Below are positions 7,927 through 17,399 of a DNA stretch of 64,000 nt, in pieces. How positions within the stretch are numbered: the stretch's first letter is position 1; every line of letters begins with the position of its first letter. Position numbers and translations under genes: made by a program. Source of the stretch: Dehalococcoidia bacterium (GTDB taxonomy: Bacteria > Chloroflexota > Dehalococcoidia > UBA2979); contig OZ219871.1 of assembly GCA_964291495.2 (NCBI GenBank), positions 672,001-736,000 on the forward strand, in the 5' to 3' direction. The notes beneath the pieces were generated by a model, which was given only the letters and a program-made list of their open reading frames with translations, did no database searches and was not told where the DNA came from.

Positions 7927-9732
7927 TTACGCGTCGCTGATGTAGACCTCGTTCCAGAAGTACTGGTTGCGCACGCTCGCCGGGGAGCCGTTGATGCGGT
8001 TGTTGATCGCCCAGGTGTCCTCACCGCCCACGACCGGGATCAGGTGCGGGCGCTCCGCGAAGCGGTCGGTGTACTGCTTGATCAGCGCCGCGCGCTCGTC
8101 GGGCGTCGGTTGGTTCTTGAAGGCCTCGAGGAGGTCGATGTAGTCCTGCGAGATCTCCGCCACCGGGTTACGCAGCTCTCCTTCGGCGGTCTTCGAGATC
8201 CGGACCTGGTAGTTGGTGTTCAGGAACGTCTCGATGTTCATCCAGTGGAAGCCGAAGCCCGTGGTGTACCAACCCTCGAAGTTGCCGGCGAGGAACCCGC
8301 CCCAGAACGTTCCGCCATCGACGATCTCGATCGTGACGTTGATTCCAATCTCCCGCATGTCCGCCTGGATGGCCTCCGGGAAGGAGTCGGGGAACTCGCC
8401 CGGCAGGACGAAGAGGGTGATCTCCGTGCCGACGAGGCCGGCCTCCTCCAGCAGCGCCCTGGCGCCGTCCGGGTCGTACTGGACGTTGTTCGCCGGGTCG
8501 TAGGCGGGCGAGTTCTCGAGGAAGAACTGGCTCCTGACGGAGACGATGCCTTCGAAGACCTCGTCCCGGATGCTCTCCCGGTCGAGCCCCATGCTGACCG
8601 CGCGCAGGAAGCGCGGGTCGTCGTTCGCCGGGTGGCCGCCGCCGAGCAGCGTCCGCACCGGACCGATGACGAACATGCCGGTGGTGGCGCCCGTCTCGAT
8701 CCTGAGGTGGTCCTGCTCCTGCAGGCGGAAGTACTGAGCGGGCTCGATGTTCGCCAGGTCGATCTCACCGCTCTCGAGGGCCAGCGCCCGGACGTCCGCA
8801 TCCGCGATGACGCGGTACTCGATCGCGTCGAGATAGACCGGCATCGGGTAGTTGTCGTGCCGCACGACCGTGTAGCCCTCGCCCGGCCTCCAGCTGTCGA
8901 GGTCGAGCTTCATGGGGCCGCTGCCGTTGACCTCCTTCATCTCGTAGAAGTCCGGCAGGTTGTCGGCGTCATGGATCGGCGCGAGGGTCAGCAGGTCGTA
9001 GATGATCGGCCCAGGCCACTTCGAGTGGTTGAAGCGCACGGTGCGCTTGTCGACAACCTCGATCGAATCGAGGTACGTGGTTGCAAGCGTTCCGGTCTGG
9101 TTGGCCGCCGTCCCCTCCGCGCTCATCGACTCGTAGCTCGCCTTGACGGCCGCAGCGTCGAGTGGCTTGCCGTTGTGGAACGTGAGGTCGGGATGCAGCG
9201 TGACCGCCGTGACGGTGCCGGGGCCATTCTGCGCCCACGACGCCGCGAGCCGCGGCTCGGGATCCAGCGTGTGCCTGCGCGCCATCAGGAAGTCCCAGAT
9301 GCCGGAGTGCTCCGCGGAGGTCGGCTGGCCGGCGAACAGGGCGAACGGCCCTCCCTGCGCAGCGCCGTACGCCTCGATGGTGTACGGATCGGAGGCGACC
9401 ACCGTGCCGCCCGGCGTCGGGCCGGACGGCGCTTCGGTCGGCGTGGGGGTCGGCTCAGGCGTGGCCGTCACGGTCGGAAGCGCGCGCACCGCGGTCGGTG
9501 TCGGCGTCGGAGTCGCAGCCGGCGCCTCGGTTGGCGTGGCGGTTGGCGCCTCGGTCGGTGCTGCGGTCGGCGCGGCAGTTGGCGCCGCGGTCGGCGCAGG
9601 AGCCTCGTCGTCGTCATCGTCGCCCGTGCATCCGATAAGTGCCGCGGCGGCGAGGCCGGCTCCGGCAATGCCCGCTCCCCGGAGCATCGATCGGCGCGAC
9701 AGCCTGCTGTTCCAGTCCCAACGGTCGCTCAT
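7927..9732 (-). CDS. ABC substrate-binding protein family 5, Tat-lipoprotein with Pro/Thr/Ala linker
   Basis: SRRSMLRG Tat motif, LIGC lipobox, PTAA repeats, FHNGKPLDAAAV, NGSGPM, RALALESGEID. Confidence 0.9.
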   Translation of the reverse strand: MSDRWDWNSRLSRRSMLRGAGIAGAGLAAAALIGCTGDDDDDEAPAPTAAPTAAPTAAPTEAPTATPTEAPAATPTPTPTAVRALPTVTATPEPTPTPTEAPSGPTPGGTVVASDPYTIEAYGAAQGGPFALFAGQPTSAEHSGIWDFLMARRHTLDPEPRLAASWAQNGPGTVTAVTLHPDLTFHNGKPLDAAAVKASYESMSAEGTAANQTGTLATTYLDSIEVVDKRTVRFNHSKWPGPIIYDLLTLAPIHDADNLPDFYEMKEVNGSGPMKLDLDSWRPGEGYTVVRHDNYPMPVYLDAIEYRVIADADVRALALESGEIDLANIEPAQYFRLQEQDHLRIETGATTGMFVIGPVRTLLGGGHPANDDPRFLRAVSMGLDRESIRDEVFEGIVSVRSQFFLENSPAYDPANNVQYDPDGARALLEEAGLVGTEITLFVLPGEFPDSFPEAIQADMREIGINVTIEIVDGGTFWGGFLAGNFEGWYTTGFGFHWMNIETFLNTNYQVRISKTAEGELRNPVAEISQDYIDLLEAFKNQPTPDERAALIKQYTDRFAERPHLIPVVGGEDTWAINNRINGSPASVRNQYFWNEVYISDA

Positions 9733-9771
9733 GGGGAATCCTCCTGCCTGAACCGCCTTCCGGGTGGTTCT

Positions 9772-9812
9772 TTTCTATCGCTCGATTTAACCTGTCCCGA
9801 ACACGCTGTCAA
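9772..9812 (-). promoter_or_regulatory. Putative SBP promoter (TTGACA-16-TTAAAT) with a degenerate AmtR-like site overlapping and downstream of -10
   Basis: Minus strand reads TTGACAGCGTGTTCGGGACAGGTTAAATCGAGCGATAGAAA; 12/17 match to the operator. Confidence 0.45.
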
Positions 9813-9930
9813 GCCCGAACACGTCCCGGCGCGCGGCTCCCGTCTTCCCTCGAGGGCTGCCGGCTGAGACGGGGGCTATGCTGCGACAGTTCGCGCGACA
9901 ACCAGGACAGGCTCGGGAAGGAGCGCACGC

Positions 9931-10344
9931 TTGGCCGAGTACAACAAGCCCATCCCCGACCCGGATCCAACCAACCAGGTCTTCTTCGACGGCGCGCGGG
10001 AGGGCAAGCTGATGCTCCCGCGCTGCACGACGTGCAACAAGGCGCACTTCTACCCCCGGATCATCTGCCCCTACTGCCACTCCAGCCAGATCGAGTGGTT
10101 CGAGGCCTCCGGCACCGGCTTCATCCACACCTACGCCGTCCAGCACATCGCCTTCGGCGGCTGGGCGGACGAGGCGCCCTACGTCACCGCCTACATCGAC
10201 CTCACCGAGGGCGACCGCATCTTCACGGTGCTCCGTGGCGTCGACCCGGAGAAGCCCGAGGAGATCGAGATCGGCGCCAGGGTCCAGGTGGAGTTCGACC
10301 AGGCGAGCGACGAGATCGCGATCCCGTTCTGGCGGGTCCTCTAG
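9931..10344 (+). CDS. DUF35 / ChsH2-C-like Zn-ribbon OB-fold protein
   Basis: CTTC...YPRIICPYC, ASGTGFIHTY; adjacent to a thiolase-fold gene. Confidence 0.92.
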   Translation: MAEYNKPIPDPDPTNQVFFDGAREGKLMLPRCTTCNKAHFYPRIICPYCHSSQIEWFEASGTGFIHTYAVQHIAFGGWADEAPYVTAYIDLTEGDRIFTVLRGVDPEKPEEIEIGARVQVEFDQASDEIAIPFWRVL

Positions 10345-10374
10345 CCCCGGGCAACGACCACACAGGAGAGACGA

Positions 10375-11586
10375 ATGCCTTTCGACCCATCCATGGAGGC
10401 TGCGATCGTCGGCGCGGCCGAGTCCGACGAGATCGGGTACATCGAACGCCCGGTCACGGCGATGCAGCTGCACATCGAAGCGATCCGCAACGTCTGCGCC
10501 CAGGCCGGCGTCAAGCCCTCGGAGATCGAGGGCGTCGCGGCCCCGTTCGTCGCCGACGGGGTCGCGGAGTACCTCGGCATCCACCCAAAGTGGATCGACA
10601 CGACGGCGGTCGGTGGCTGCTCGTACGAGATGCACGTGCACCACATGCTGTGCGCCATCGCGGCGGGCGTGATCGACCTCGGAGTGATCTCGCACGGACA
10701 GATCGGCTGGTCGCAGCGCAAGACCGGCGGCAAGGGGATCGGGCGGCGGCGGACCGACGACCCGTGGTCGCCGGAGTCACAGTTCGTGGAGCCGTACGGC
10801 AGCTGGGGCGCCCCCTTCGAGTACGCGCACGCGATGCGGCGGCACATGCACGAGTGGGGGACGACCAAGGAGGACTTCGCGCAGATCGCCGTCACCACGC
10901 GCGAGTGGGCCACGCTCAACCCGCGCGCCATCATGCACTCGAAGGAGACGAATCCGTTCGGCGGTCCGATCACGATCGACGACGTGCTCAACTCGCGCTG
11001 GATCACGTGGCCGCTCAATCTGCTCGACGTCTGCCTGGTGACGGACCACGGCGGCGCGGTGCTGCTCGCCTCGCGGGAGCGGGCGGAGAGCATGCCCACG
11101 ACGCCGGTCTGGATCGCCGGCGCCGGCGAGAACATGAGCCACCAGTTGATGCTGGAGATGGGCGACTTCACCGCCACCTCCGCGCTCGCCTCGGGCCAGG
11201 CCGCCTACCGCATGGCCGGCATGGGCGCGGACGAGATGGAGCTGGCGATGCTCTACGACTCGTTCACGATCACCGCCGCGATCACCGCCGAGATGCTCGC
11301 GCTCGCCCCTCGCGGGCAGGGGCCGAGCCTCTGGGAGGGCGGTAAGGCAGGCCCCGGCGGTTCCGGCATCCCGGTCAACACCAACGGCGGCGGCCTCTCC
11401 TTCAATCACAGCGGGATGTACGGCATGCAGCTCCTGATCGAGGCCTACCGCCAGCTCTCCGGCACGGCCGAGGACGGCGTGCACGGGCTCCCGGGCAAGC
11501 AGACCGGCGCCCGGACCTGCGTCGTCAACGGCACGGGCGGCGACCTCTCGGTCACCGGTACCCTCGTGCTGGTGGCCGACGAGTAG
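10375..11586 (+). CDS. Thiolase-fold protein (SCP2/Ltp2-like)
   Basis: AAIVGAAE, VGGCS, CLVTDHGGA, LYDSFT, VNTNGGGLSFNH, VNGTGG. Confidence 0.9.
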   Translation: MPFDPSMEAAIVGAAESDEIGYIERPVTAMQLHIEAIRNVCAQAGVKPSEIEGVAAPFVADGVAEYLGIHPKWIDTTAVGGCSYEMHVHHMLCAIAAGVIDLGVISHGQIGWSQRKTGGKGIGRRRTDDPWSPESQFVEPYGSWGAPFEYAHAMRRHMHEWGTTKEDFAQIAVTTREWATLNPRAIMHSKETNPFGGPITIDDVLNSRWITWPLNLLDVCLVTDHGGAVLLASRERAESMPTTPVWIAGAGENMSHQLMLEMGDFTATSALASGQAAYRMAGMGADEMELAMLYDSFTITAAITAEMLALAPRGQGPSLWEGGKAGPGGSGIPVNTNGGGLSFNHSGMYGMQLLIEAYRQLSGTAEDGVHGLPGKQTGARTCVVNGTGGDLSVTGTLVLVADE

Positions 11587-11612
11587 CCTCGGGAGGGGAG
11601 ACGAGCACCGCT

Positions 11613-13262
11613 ATGTTGGACCTGCTGCTTCGCGGGGGTCTGGTGATCGACGGGACCGGGTCCGCCGGCTTCAAGGCCGACATCGGTATCAGCGGCGAGC
11701 GCGTCTCCATCCACCGAGGCGACACGACTCACCTCGAGGCCGGTCGCGTCATCGATGTCTCCGGGCTGGTCGTGTGTCCGGGCTTTATCGACCTGCACTC
11801 CCACGGCGGCCTGACGATCTTCGGGAGTCCGAAGCACGAGCCGAGCGTGCGCCAGGGCGTCACCACCGAGCTGATCGGGATCGACGGAATCTCGCACGCC
11901 CCGTTCAAGACCGTCGAGGAGCTCCAGCGCTTCATCTGGCTGGACTCGGGCCTGAACGGCTACCCGCCCGAACCCGCGGACTGGCTGACCGTGGCCGACC
12001 TGCTGGGTCGCTACGACGGGGCCGTCTCGGTGAACATCGCCTACATCCTCGGCAACGCTCCGGTACGCATCTGGTCGGTCGGGTGGCGCGACGAACCGGC
12101 CTCGAGCGCACAGATCGCCGACATGCGCGCGGTCGTGCGCGAAGCGATGGAGGAGGGCGCGTACGGACTGTCGACGGGGCTCGACTATCCCCCCGGCTCG
12201 TTCGCGTCGACCGACGAGCTGATTGCGCTCTCCGAGGCGGCGCAGCGGCTCGGCGGGATGTACCACACCCACGCCCGTCACAAGCTGTCCCTCGCCGGTC
12301 ACCCGCTCGCGCCATTCGAAGAGGCAGTCGAGATCGGCGAGCGCAGCGGAGCGCCGATCCATCTCACGCACTACGCCAGCGTTGCCTGGCCCGACCTCGG
12401 AGCCGAGCCATACCTCAGGCTGATCGAGGACGCGAGGTCGCGAGGCCTCGACGTGACGTTTGATTGCTATCCGTACGCGAACGCGTCGAGCACGTCGGCG
12501 ACGTTCTTTCTTCCGTCCTGGGCGAAGGAGGACGGGCCCGAGGGACTGATCGCGGCGCTGCGGAACCCCGACGACCGCGCGCGGATCCGTGCGCAGTTCG
12601 AGGACGAGAGCCCGGCTCCCGATCTTGAGCGCGAGATCGAGCGCAGGCGTCTCCGCAGGCTGTTCGCGGACGATCGTCCAGGCCCCGACTCCCACCTCAC
12701 CAACTTCACGCAGGACGGGAACCTGGCGTACGAGGGCAAGACGATCCACGAGATTGCAGCGTTGCGCCAGGAAGACGCGCTTGACGTGTACCTGGACCTC
12801 CTCGTCGAGGAGTCAATCGGGCTCTCCATCGTGGGAGAAGGCGCTTCGGAGGAGATGCTCCCGGCGTTCGTCGCCCATCCGCTCGGGATGTTCGGGTCCG
12901 ACGCCTTGCACCTCGGCGAGTTCCCGAGTCCCCGGACCTACGGGACCATGCCGCGGGTGCTGGGTCACTTCTCTCGCCTGGGCGGCTACGCGTCCCTCGA
13001 GGAGATGATCCGGAAGCTGACGTCGTTCACGGCGCAGCGGCTCGGTCTCCCCGATCGAGGAATCCTGCGGGACGGGTTCAAGGCCGACGTGGTGGCCTTC
13101 GATCCCGAGACCGTTGGGAGCGCCGCAACGCTCAGGAATCCTCGCGTCTTCCCCACCGGAATCGAGCAGGTCCTCGTGAACGGGCAACTCGTGATCGAGG
13201 ATGGCGAGCACACCGGCGCGCTGCCGGGACGTGCGCTGCGACGCGGTCGAGCCGAAACGTAG
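11613..13262 (+). CDS. N-acyl-D-amino-acid deacylase (D-aminoacylase) family amidohydrolase
   Basis: PGFIDLHSH, GLSTGLDYPPG, YHTH, FGSD, PRTYGT. Confidence 0.9.
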   Translation: MLDLLLRGGLVIDGTGSAGFKADIGISGERVSIHRGDTTHLEAGRVIDVSGLVVCPGFIDLHSHGGLTIFGSPKHEPSVRQGVTTELIGIDGISHAPFKTVEELQRFIWLDSGLNGYPPEPADWLTVADLLGRYDGAVSVNIAYILGNAPVRIWSVGWRDEPASSAQIADMRAVVREAMEEGAYGLSTGLDYPPGSFASTDELIALSEAAQRLGGMYHTHARHKLSLAGHPLAPFEEAVEIGERSGAPIHLTHYASVAWPDLGAEPYLRLIEDARSRGLDVTFDCYPYANASSTSATFFLPSWAKEDGPEGLIAALRNPDDRARIRAQFEDESPAPDLEREIERRRLRRLFADDRPGPDSHLTNFTQDGNLAYEGKTIHEIAALRQEDALDVYLDLLVEESIGLSIVGEGASEEMLPAFVAHPLGMFGSDALHLGEFPSPRTYGTMPRVLGHFSRLGGYASLEEMIRKLTSFTAQRLGLPDRGILRDGFKADVVAFDPETVGSAATLRNPRVFPTGIEQVLVNGQLVIEDGEHTGALPGRALRRGRAET

Positions 13263-13325
13263 CCGGGGAACAGGCAGAGTCGTCGGCCGAACCGCGGGCG
13301 GCGACCTCGGGGGAGAGGTGTTTTC

Positions 13326-14168
13326 GTGATCATCGATTTTCGCGTGACGCTTCCCACATCGGGCCGGTACCAGGAGGGTGGCGACGAGGAGCGGAGCTAC
13401 CTGACCAACTACGGCCGGATCTACGCGAGCGAGCTCGGCGGTGGCTCCGACCCGGCGGCCCTGATCGCCGCGATGGAGGCGGCCGGTGTCGACCATGCCG
13501 TGCTGCAGGCGGAGTGGGACGCCGGCGACTACCGGGCGATGAATGACGACGTCGTCCGCATCGTCCAGGAGTATCCCGAGCGGCTCACCGGCTACTGCAC
13601 CGTGAACCCCGGAGTGGACGACGACATGGCCGCCGTCGTCGAGCGCGAGGTCTGCGAACGAGGCATGCGCGGGGTGAACCTGCAGCCCTTCGCCTACCGG
13701 GTGATGGCCAACGACAAGCGCTTCTACCCGCTGTACCAGAAGTGCCAGGAGCTGGGCGTGCCGGTCACGATCCACGCCTCGATCAACTTCTCGAACAACA
13801 GGCCGATCGGGTTCGGGCGCCCGCTGGCGCTCTGCGAGATCGCCTGCGACTTCCCGGAGCTGACCATCGTCGCGAACCACGGCGGTTGGCCCTGGGTGGC
13901 CGAGCTCGTCGCGATCGCGTGGAAGCACAGCAACGTCTACATCGAGATCGGAGCGGTGGCGCCGAAGTACCTCGCGACTCCCGGCTCGGGCTGGGAGACG
14001 CTGCTGCAGTTCGGCAACTCGCTGCTGCAGAACCAGGTGCTGTTCGCCACCGACAGCATGATCCCGTTCGAGCGGGCCGTCAGGGAGCTGCGCGAGCTGC
14101 CGCTCAAGCCCGAGGTCACCGAGAAGTGGCTCGGAGGGAACGCTGCGGAACTGCTGCGGCTCGCCTGA
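13326..14168 (+). CDS. Amidohydrolase_2 family protein
   Basis: MIIDF, YPLYQKCQELGVPVTIH, ANHGGWPW, VLFATD. Confidence 0.9.
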   Translation: MIIDFRVTLPTSGRYQEGGDEERSYLTNYGRIYASELGGGSDPAALIAAMEAAGVDHAVLQAEWDAGDYRAMNDDVVRIVQEYPERLTGYCTVNPGVDDDMAAVVEREVCERGMRGVNLQPFAYRVMANDKRFYPLYQKCQELGVPVTIHASINFSNNRPIGFGRPLALCEIACDFPELTIVANHGGWPWVAELVAIAWKHSNVYIEIGAVAPKYLATPGSGWETLLQFGNSLLQNQVLFATDSMIPFERAVRELRELPLKPEVTEKWLGGNAAELLRLA

Positions 14169-14205
14169 GCGCGCGCGAGCGCAGCGAACGCGGGCCTCGA
14201 GGAGC

Positions 14206-15090
14206 CTAGCCCTGAGCCTCGGGGCCGAAGTCGTTGGTCAGCAGCGCGCCCAGCGTCCGCGGGAAGATCTCGAACATCTCGTCGATGGTCCAGCTCTCGC
14301 CTCGCGCGAAGGCCCGGGCCTCCACCTCCGGAATCGTGTAGAGCCCGACCTCGTTCCGCTCGATCTCGAAGTCCCGGCCGTTCACGTTCTGGGCCTCATC
14401 CGACGCCAGGTAGACCACCAGCGGACCGATCGCGCCGGGGTCGCCTCGCGCGACCTCCGGCTCCGCCCCGGGCTCGGCGTCGGGAGGCATCGTGAGGCGC
14501 GTGTCGGCGGAGGGGCGCAGCGCGTTGCAGGTCACGCCGTAGCGACCGAGGTCCATCGCCACGGTCCGCGTCAGTCCCACGATCCCTTCCTTGGCGGCGG
14601 CGTAGTTCGTCTGCCCGACGAAGCCGAGCCCGGAGATGGAACTGGTGTTGATGATCCGGCCGGAGCGCTGCTGGCGCATGACCACCGCGGCATGCCTGAT
14701 CGTGTTGAACGTGCCCGTGAGATGGACCGCGATGACCTGGTCCCACTCCTCGCGGGTCATGTTGAACACCATCCGGTCCCGCAGGATGCCGGCGTTGTTG
14801 ACCAGAATGTCCAGACGGCCGAACTCGTCCAGCGCTTGCTGGACCATCGCGCCGGCGGCCTCGAAGTCCGCGACGTTGCCGAAGTTCGCGACCGCGCGGC
14901 CGCCGGCCGCCGTGATCTCGTCCGCGACCTGCTGCGCCGGCGCGGAGTCCGACCCCTCGCCGGCGGTGCTCCCGCCGAGGTCGTTGACCACCACGGCTGC
15001 GCCTTCGCTTGCCAGCGCGAGCGCCTCCCCGCGGCCGATGCCCCGGCCGGCCCCGGTGACGATCGCAACCTTGCCGTCCAGCCGCCCCAC
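14206..15090 (-). CDS. Short-chain dehydrogenase/reductase (3-hydroxyacyl-CoA dehydrogenase-like)
   Basis: TGAGRGIG, NNAGILRD, GQTNYAAAK; start at GTG 15090. Confidence 0.92.
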   Translation of the reverse strand: MGRLDGKVAIVTGAGRGIGRGEALALASEGAAVVVNDLGGSTAGEGSDSAPAQQVADEITAAGGRAVANFGNVADFEAAGAMVQQALDEFGRLDILVNNAGILRDRMVFNMTREEWDQVIAVHLTGTFNTIRHAAVVMRQQRSGRIINTSSISGLGFVGQTNYAAAKEGIVGLTRTVAMDLGRYGVTCNALRPSADTRLTMPPDAEPGAEPEVARGDPGAIGPLVVYLASDEAQNVNGRDFEIERNEVGLYTIPEVEARAFARGESWTIDEMFEIFPRTLGALLTNDFGPEAQG

Positions 15091-15273
15091 AGCGCCTCGA
15101 TCCTCGCGCTGCGCCGCCCGAGGCGGGGACCCGCCTCTTCCCCCGGCGCGCAGCGGGCAGGATGGTAGCGGCGCGTTTGGCGCGCTGGCAATCGCTCGAA
15201 CCTCGCTGTTGACAGGCCGCGTACCGTCTCGCGTGAGCACGCGGCGCCGGGGGCGCACGGGAGGCTACGGACC

Positions 15274-16419
15274 ATGAGCTTGCGAGGACGGACCGCGATC
15301 GTCGGGTTCCATGAGCTGCCCACGAGGCGAGCGTATCCCGGTCGCAACACCTTCAGCGTGCTGGCGGAGGCCGCACGCGGCGCCATCAGCGACGCAGGCC
15401 TCAGGAAGGACGACATCGACGGGCTGATCTGCTCGGAGATCATGCCGATGACGCTCGCCGAGCACCTCAAGCTCAAGCTGCGCTTCACGGAATCGATGAC
15501 CGTGCAGGGCGCGAGCGGGGCGAACTCGATCGCAACCGCGGCGGCCGCGGTCCACGCGGGGCTGGCGAACTACGTGCTCTGCGTCTTCGGCGAGTCGATG
15601 CAGGGCGCGTTCCCCGCCTCCGTGCGTCCGACGGTCGTCGAGTGGGAGGACCCGTACGGGCCCGTGGTCGCGGCCAACGGGCCCTACGGGCTGATCAAAC
15701 AGCGCTACATGTTCGAGTTCGGCACGACGCAGGAACAGTTCGCGAAGTGCTCCGTGGACGAGCGGTTCAACGCCGCGGCGAACGAGAACGCGGTCTGGGC
15801 CGGGCAGCCGATCACCATCGAGGACGTGCTCAACTCGCGCTTCACGAACGACCCCCTGCACCTGCTGGAGAGCGTGATGCCCTGCTCCGGCGCGAACGCG
15901 GTGATCGTCACGTCGGCGGAGCGGGCGAAGGCGCTCCCGAACCCGCCCGTCTACATCCTCGGCGCGGGCGGCCCGGCCACCTCGCACTACGAGATCTGGC
16001 AAGAGGACCACATGACGACCAGCCCGGCGACGGTGTCCGCCCCGACGGCGCTGGACATGGCGCAGTGCAGCATCCGTGACGTCGAGTTCGCGCAGTTCTA
16101 CGACTGCTACACGATCCTGGTGATGATGACCCTCGAGGACGCCGGGATCTGCCCGAAGGGCGAGATCGGCGACTTCTACCAGGGGACGGACACCACGTTC
16201 AAGGGTGAGTTCCCGATCAACACGGACGGCGGTCAGATCGGAGCGGGGCAGCCCGGCGACGCCGGCGGCTTCCGCCACATCGTCGAGGCGACCCGCCAGA
16301 TCATGGGCCGCGCCGGCGAGCGCCAGGTGGAGCGCAGCGACCTCTGCCTGGTCAACGGCTGAGGGGGCTACGCAAGCGTCATGACGACGCTGGTGTTCGG
16401 TTCGAGCGCCACCCTCTAG
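15274..16419 (+). CDS. Thiolase-fold protein with in-frame UGA at 16360-16362 (candidate selenoprotein; conventional ORF would end at 16362)
   Basis: Colinear with paralogue 40048-41190; after UGA the frame continues GGYASVMTTLVFGSSATL-TAG versus GGFASVQATLVLGSSATL in the paralogue. Confidence 0.85.
16375..16411 (+). promoter_or_regulatory. Candidate bacterial SECIS-like hairpins downstream of the in-frame UGA
   Basis: AGCGUC-AUGAC-GACGCU (16375-16391) and UGGUGUUCG-GUU-CGAGCGCCA (16391-16411). Confidence 0.4.
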
Positions 16420-16581
16420 CTCCCACAAGCCAACTCCCGCCCGGGAACAACAAGCATCGAGGACGAGGATGAATGGGCGCCCGCCACTCCCCTCTGGTCC
16501 CCCCGCCCCGAGGGTGAAGGAGGGCCCGACCCCCGAAGTTCCGTTGCGCCATCGGAGCGTTCGGAGGTGGGCGGAAGTCCT

Positions 16582-16616
16582 CTCCTCACCCCCGCCCTCT
16601 CCCCAGGGAGAGGGTG
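16582..16616. repeat. REP-like palindromic element (CCTCACCCCCGCCCTCTCCC...GGGAGAGGG family)
   Basis: Same motif recurs at about 31502, 31601, 38310, 50000-50275 and 55581. Confidence 0.7.
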
Positions 16617-16635
16617 CCGGACAGGGAGGGCACCT

Positions 16636-17346
16636 GTGCATGTGATCGTGACGGGAGCGGCGCAGGGGATTGGCGAGGGCGTCGCGCGACACCTCGCCGC
16701 GGAAGGCCATCGCCTCGTGCTCGCCGACATCCAGGCCGCTGCCGTGGCTGCGGTGGCGCGTGACCTCGGGGCATCGAGCGTCGAGGTCGACATCGCAAGC
16801 CCCGAGAGCGCGCGCGAGATGGCGCGCCGCGCGATCGACACGCTCGGTCACGTGGACGCCATCGTCAACGTCGCAGGGCTCGACGCCCCGCCGGGCACCG
16901 CGCTGACAACCGACGATGAGCTGTGGCGGCAGGTGGTGGACGTCGACCTCTCGGGACCGTGGTGGTGCACGAAGGCGCTGCTCGAACACTTCGTCGAGCG
17001 AGGAGGCGGCCGCGTCGTGATCATCAGCTCCGTCGCCGCCTGGCGCGGGCACGACCGGATCACTCCCGCCTACCACGCCGCCAAGGCGGGGCTCCACGGC
17101 CTCGTGCTGGCCCTCGCGCACCAGCTGGAGCGCTCCGGCATCCTGGTCAACGCGATCGCTCCGGGCGCCACGGGCACCGGGGCGTTTACCGACTGGCCCG
17201 AAGCCGAGCTCGAGCGAAACGCACCGCTCGGGCTGGGCGGCGCCGAGCCGATCGCGCGCATGGTGGCGCACCTGCTGGGCCCCGGCGGCGATTGGATCAG
17301 CGGAGCGGTCCTGAACGTCAGCGGCGGCAACGTCAAGGGTCACTAG
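16636..17346 (+). CDS. Short-chain dehydrogenase/reductase
   Basis: TGAAQGIG, VNVAG, YHAAK, VNAIAPG; start at GTG 16636 after GGAGG. Confidence 0.9.
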   Translation: MHVIVTGAAQGIGEGVARHLAAEGHRLVLADIQAAAVAAVARDLGASSVEVDIASPESAREMARRAIDTLGHVDAIVNVAGLDAPPGTALTTDDELWRQVVDVDLSGPWWCTKALLEHFVERGGGRVVIISSVAAWRGHDRITPAYHAAKAGLHGLVLALAHQLERSGILVNAIAPGATGTGAFTDWPEAELERNAPLGLGGAEPIARMVAHLLGPGGDWISGAVLNVSGGNVKGH

Positions 17347-17399
17347 CGAGGGCCGCGCTGGCGAGCGCCTCTCACCCTCGCGAGTTCGGCAACCTCAGT

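Noticed and set aside
9876-9889. CTAT-GCTGCG-ACAG as another AmtR-like site
   Set aside because: Low similarity to the invariant 17-mer; it is explained by a TATGCT -10 box alone.
16360-16362. Genome-wide UGA reassignment (code 4 or 25) as the explanation for the in-frame UGA
   Set aside because: Many genes here end at TGA at the expected C-terminus (for example 3687, 5911, 14168, 29675, 35070, 41190), some with ATGA/TGATG overlaps.
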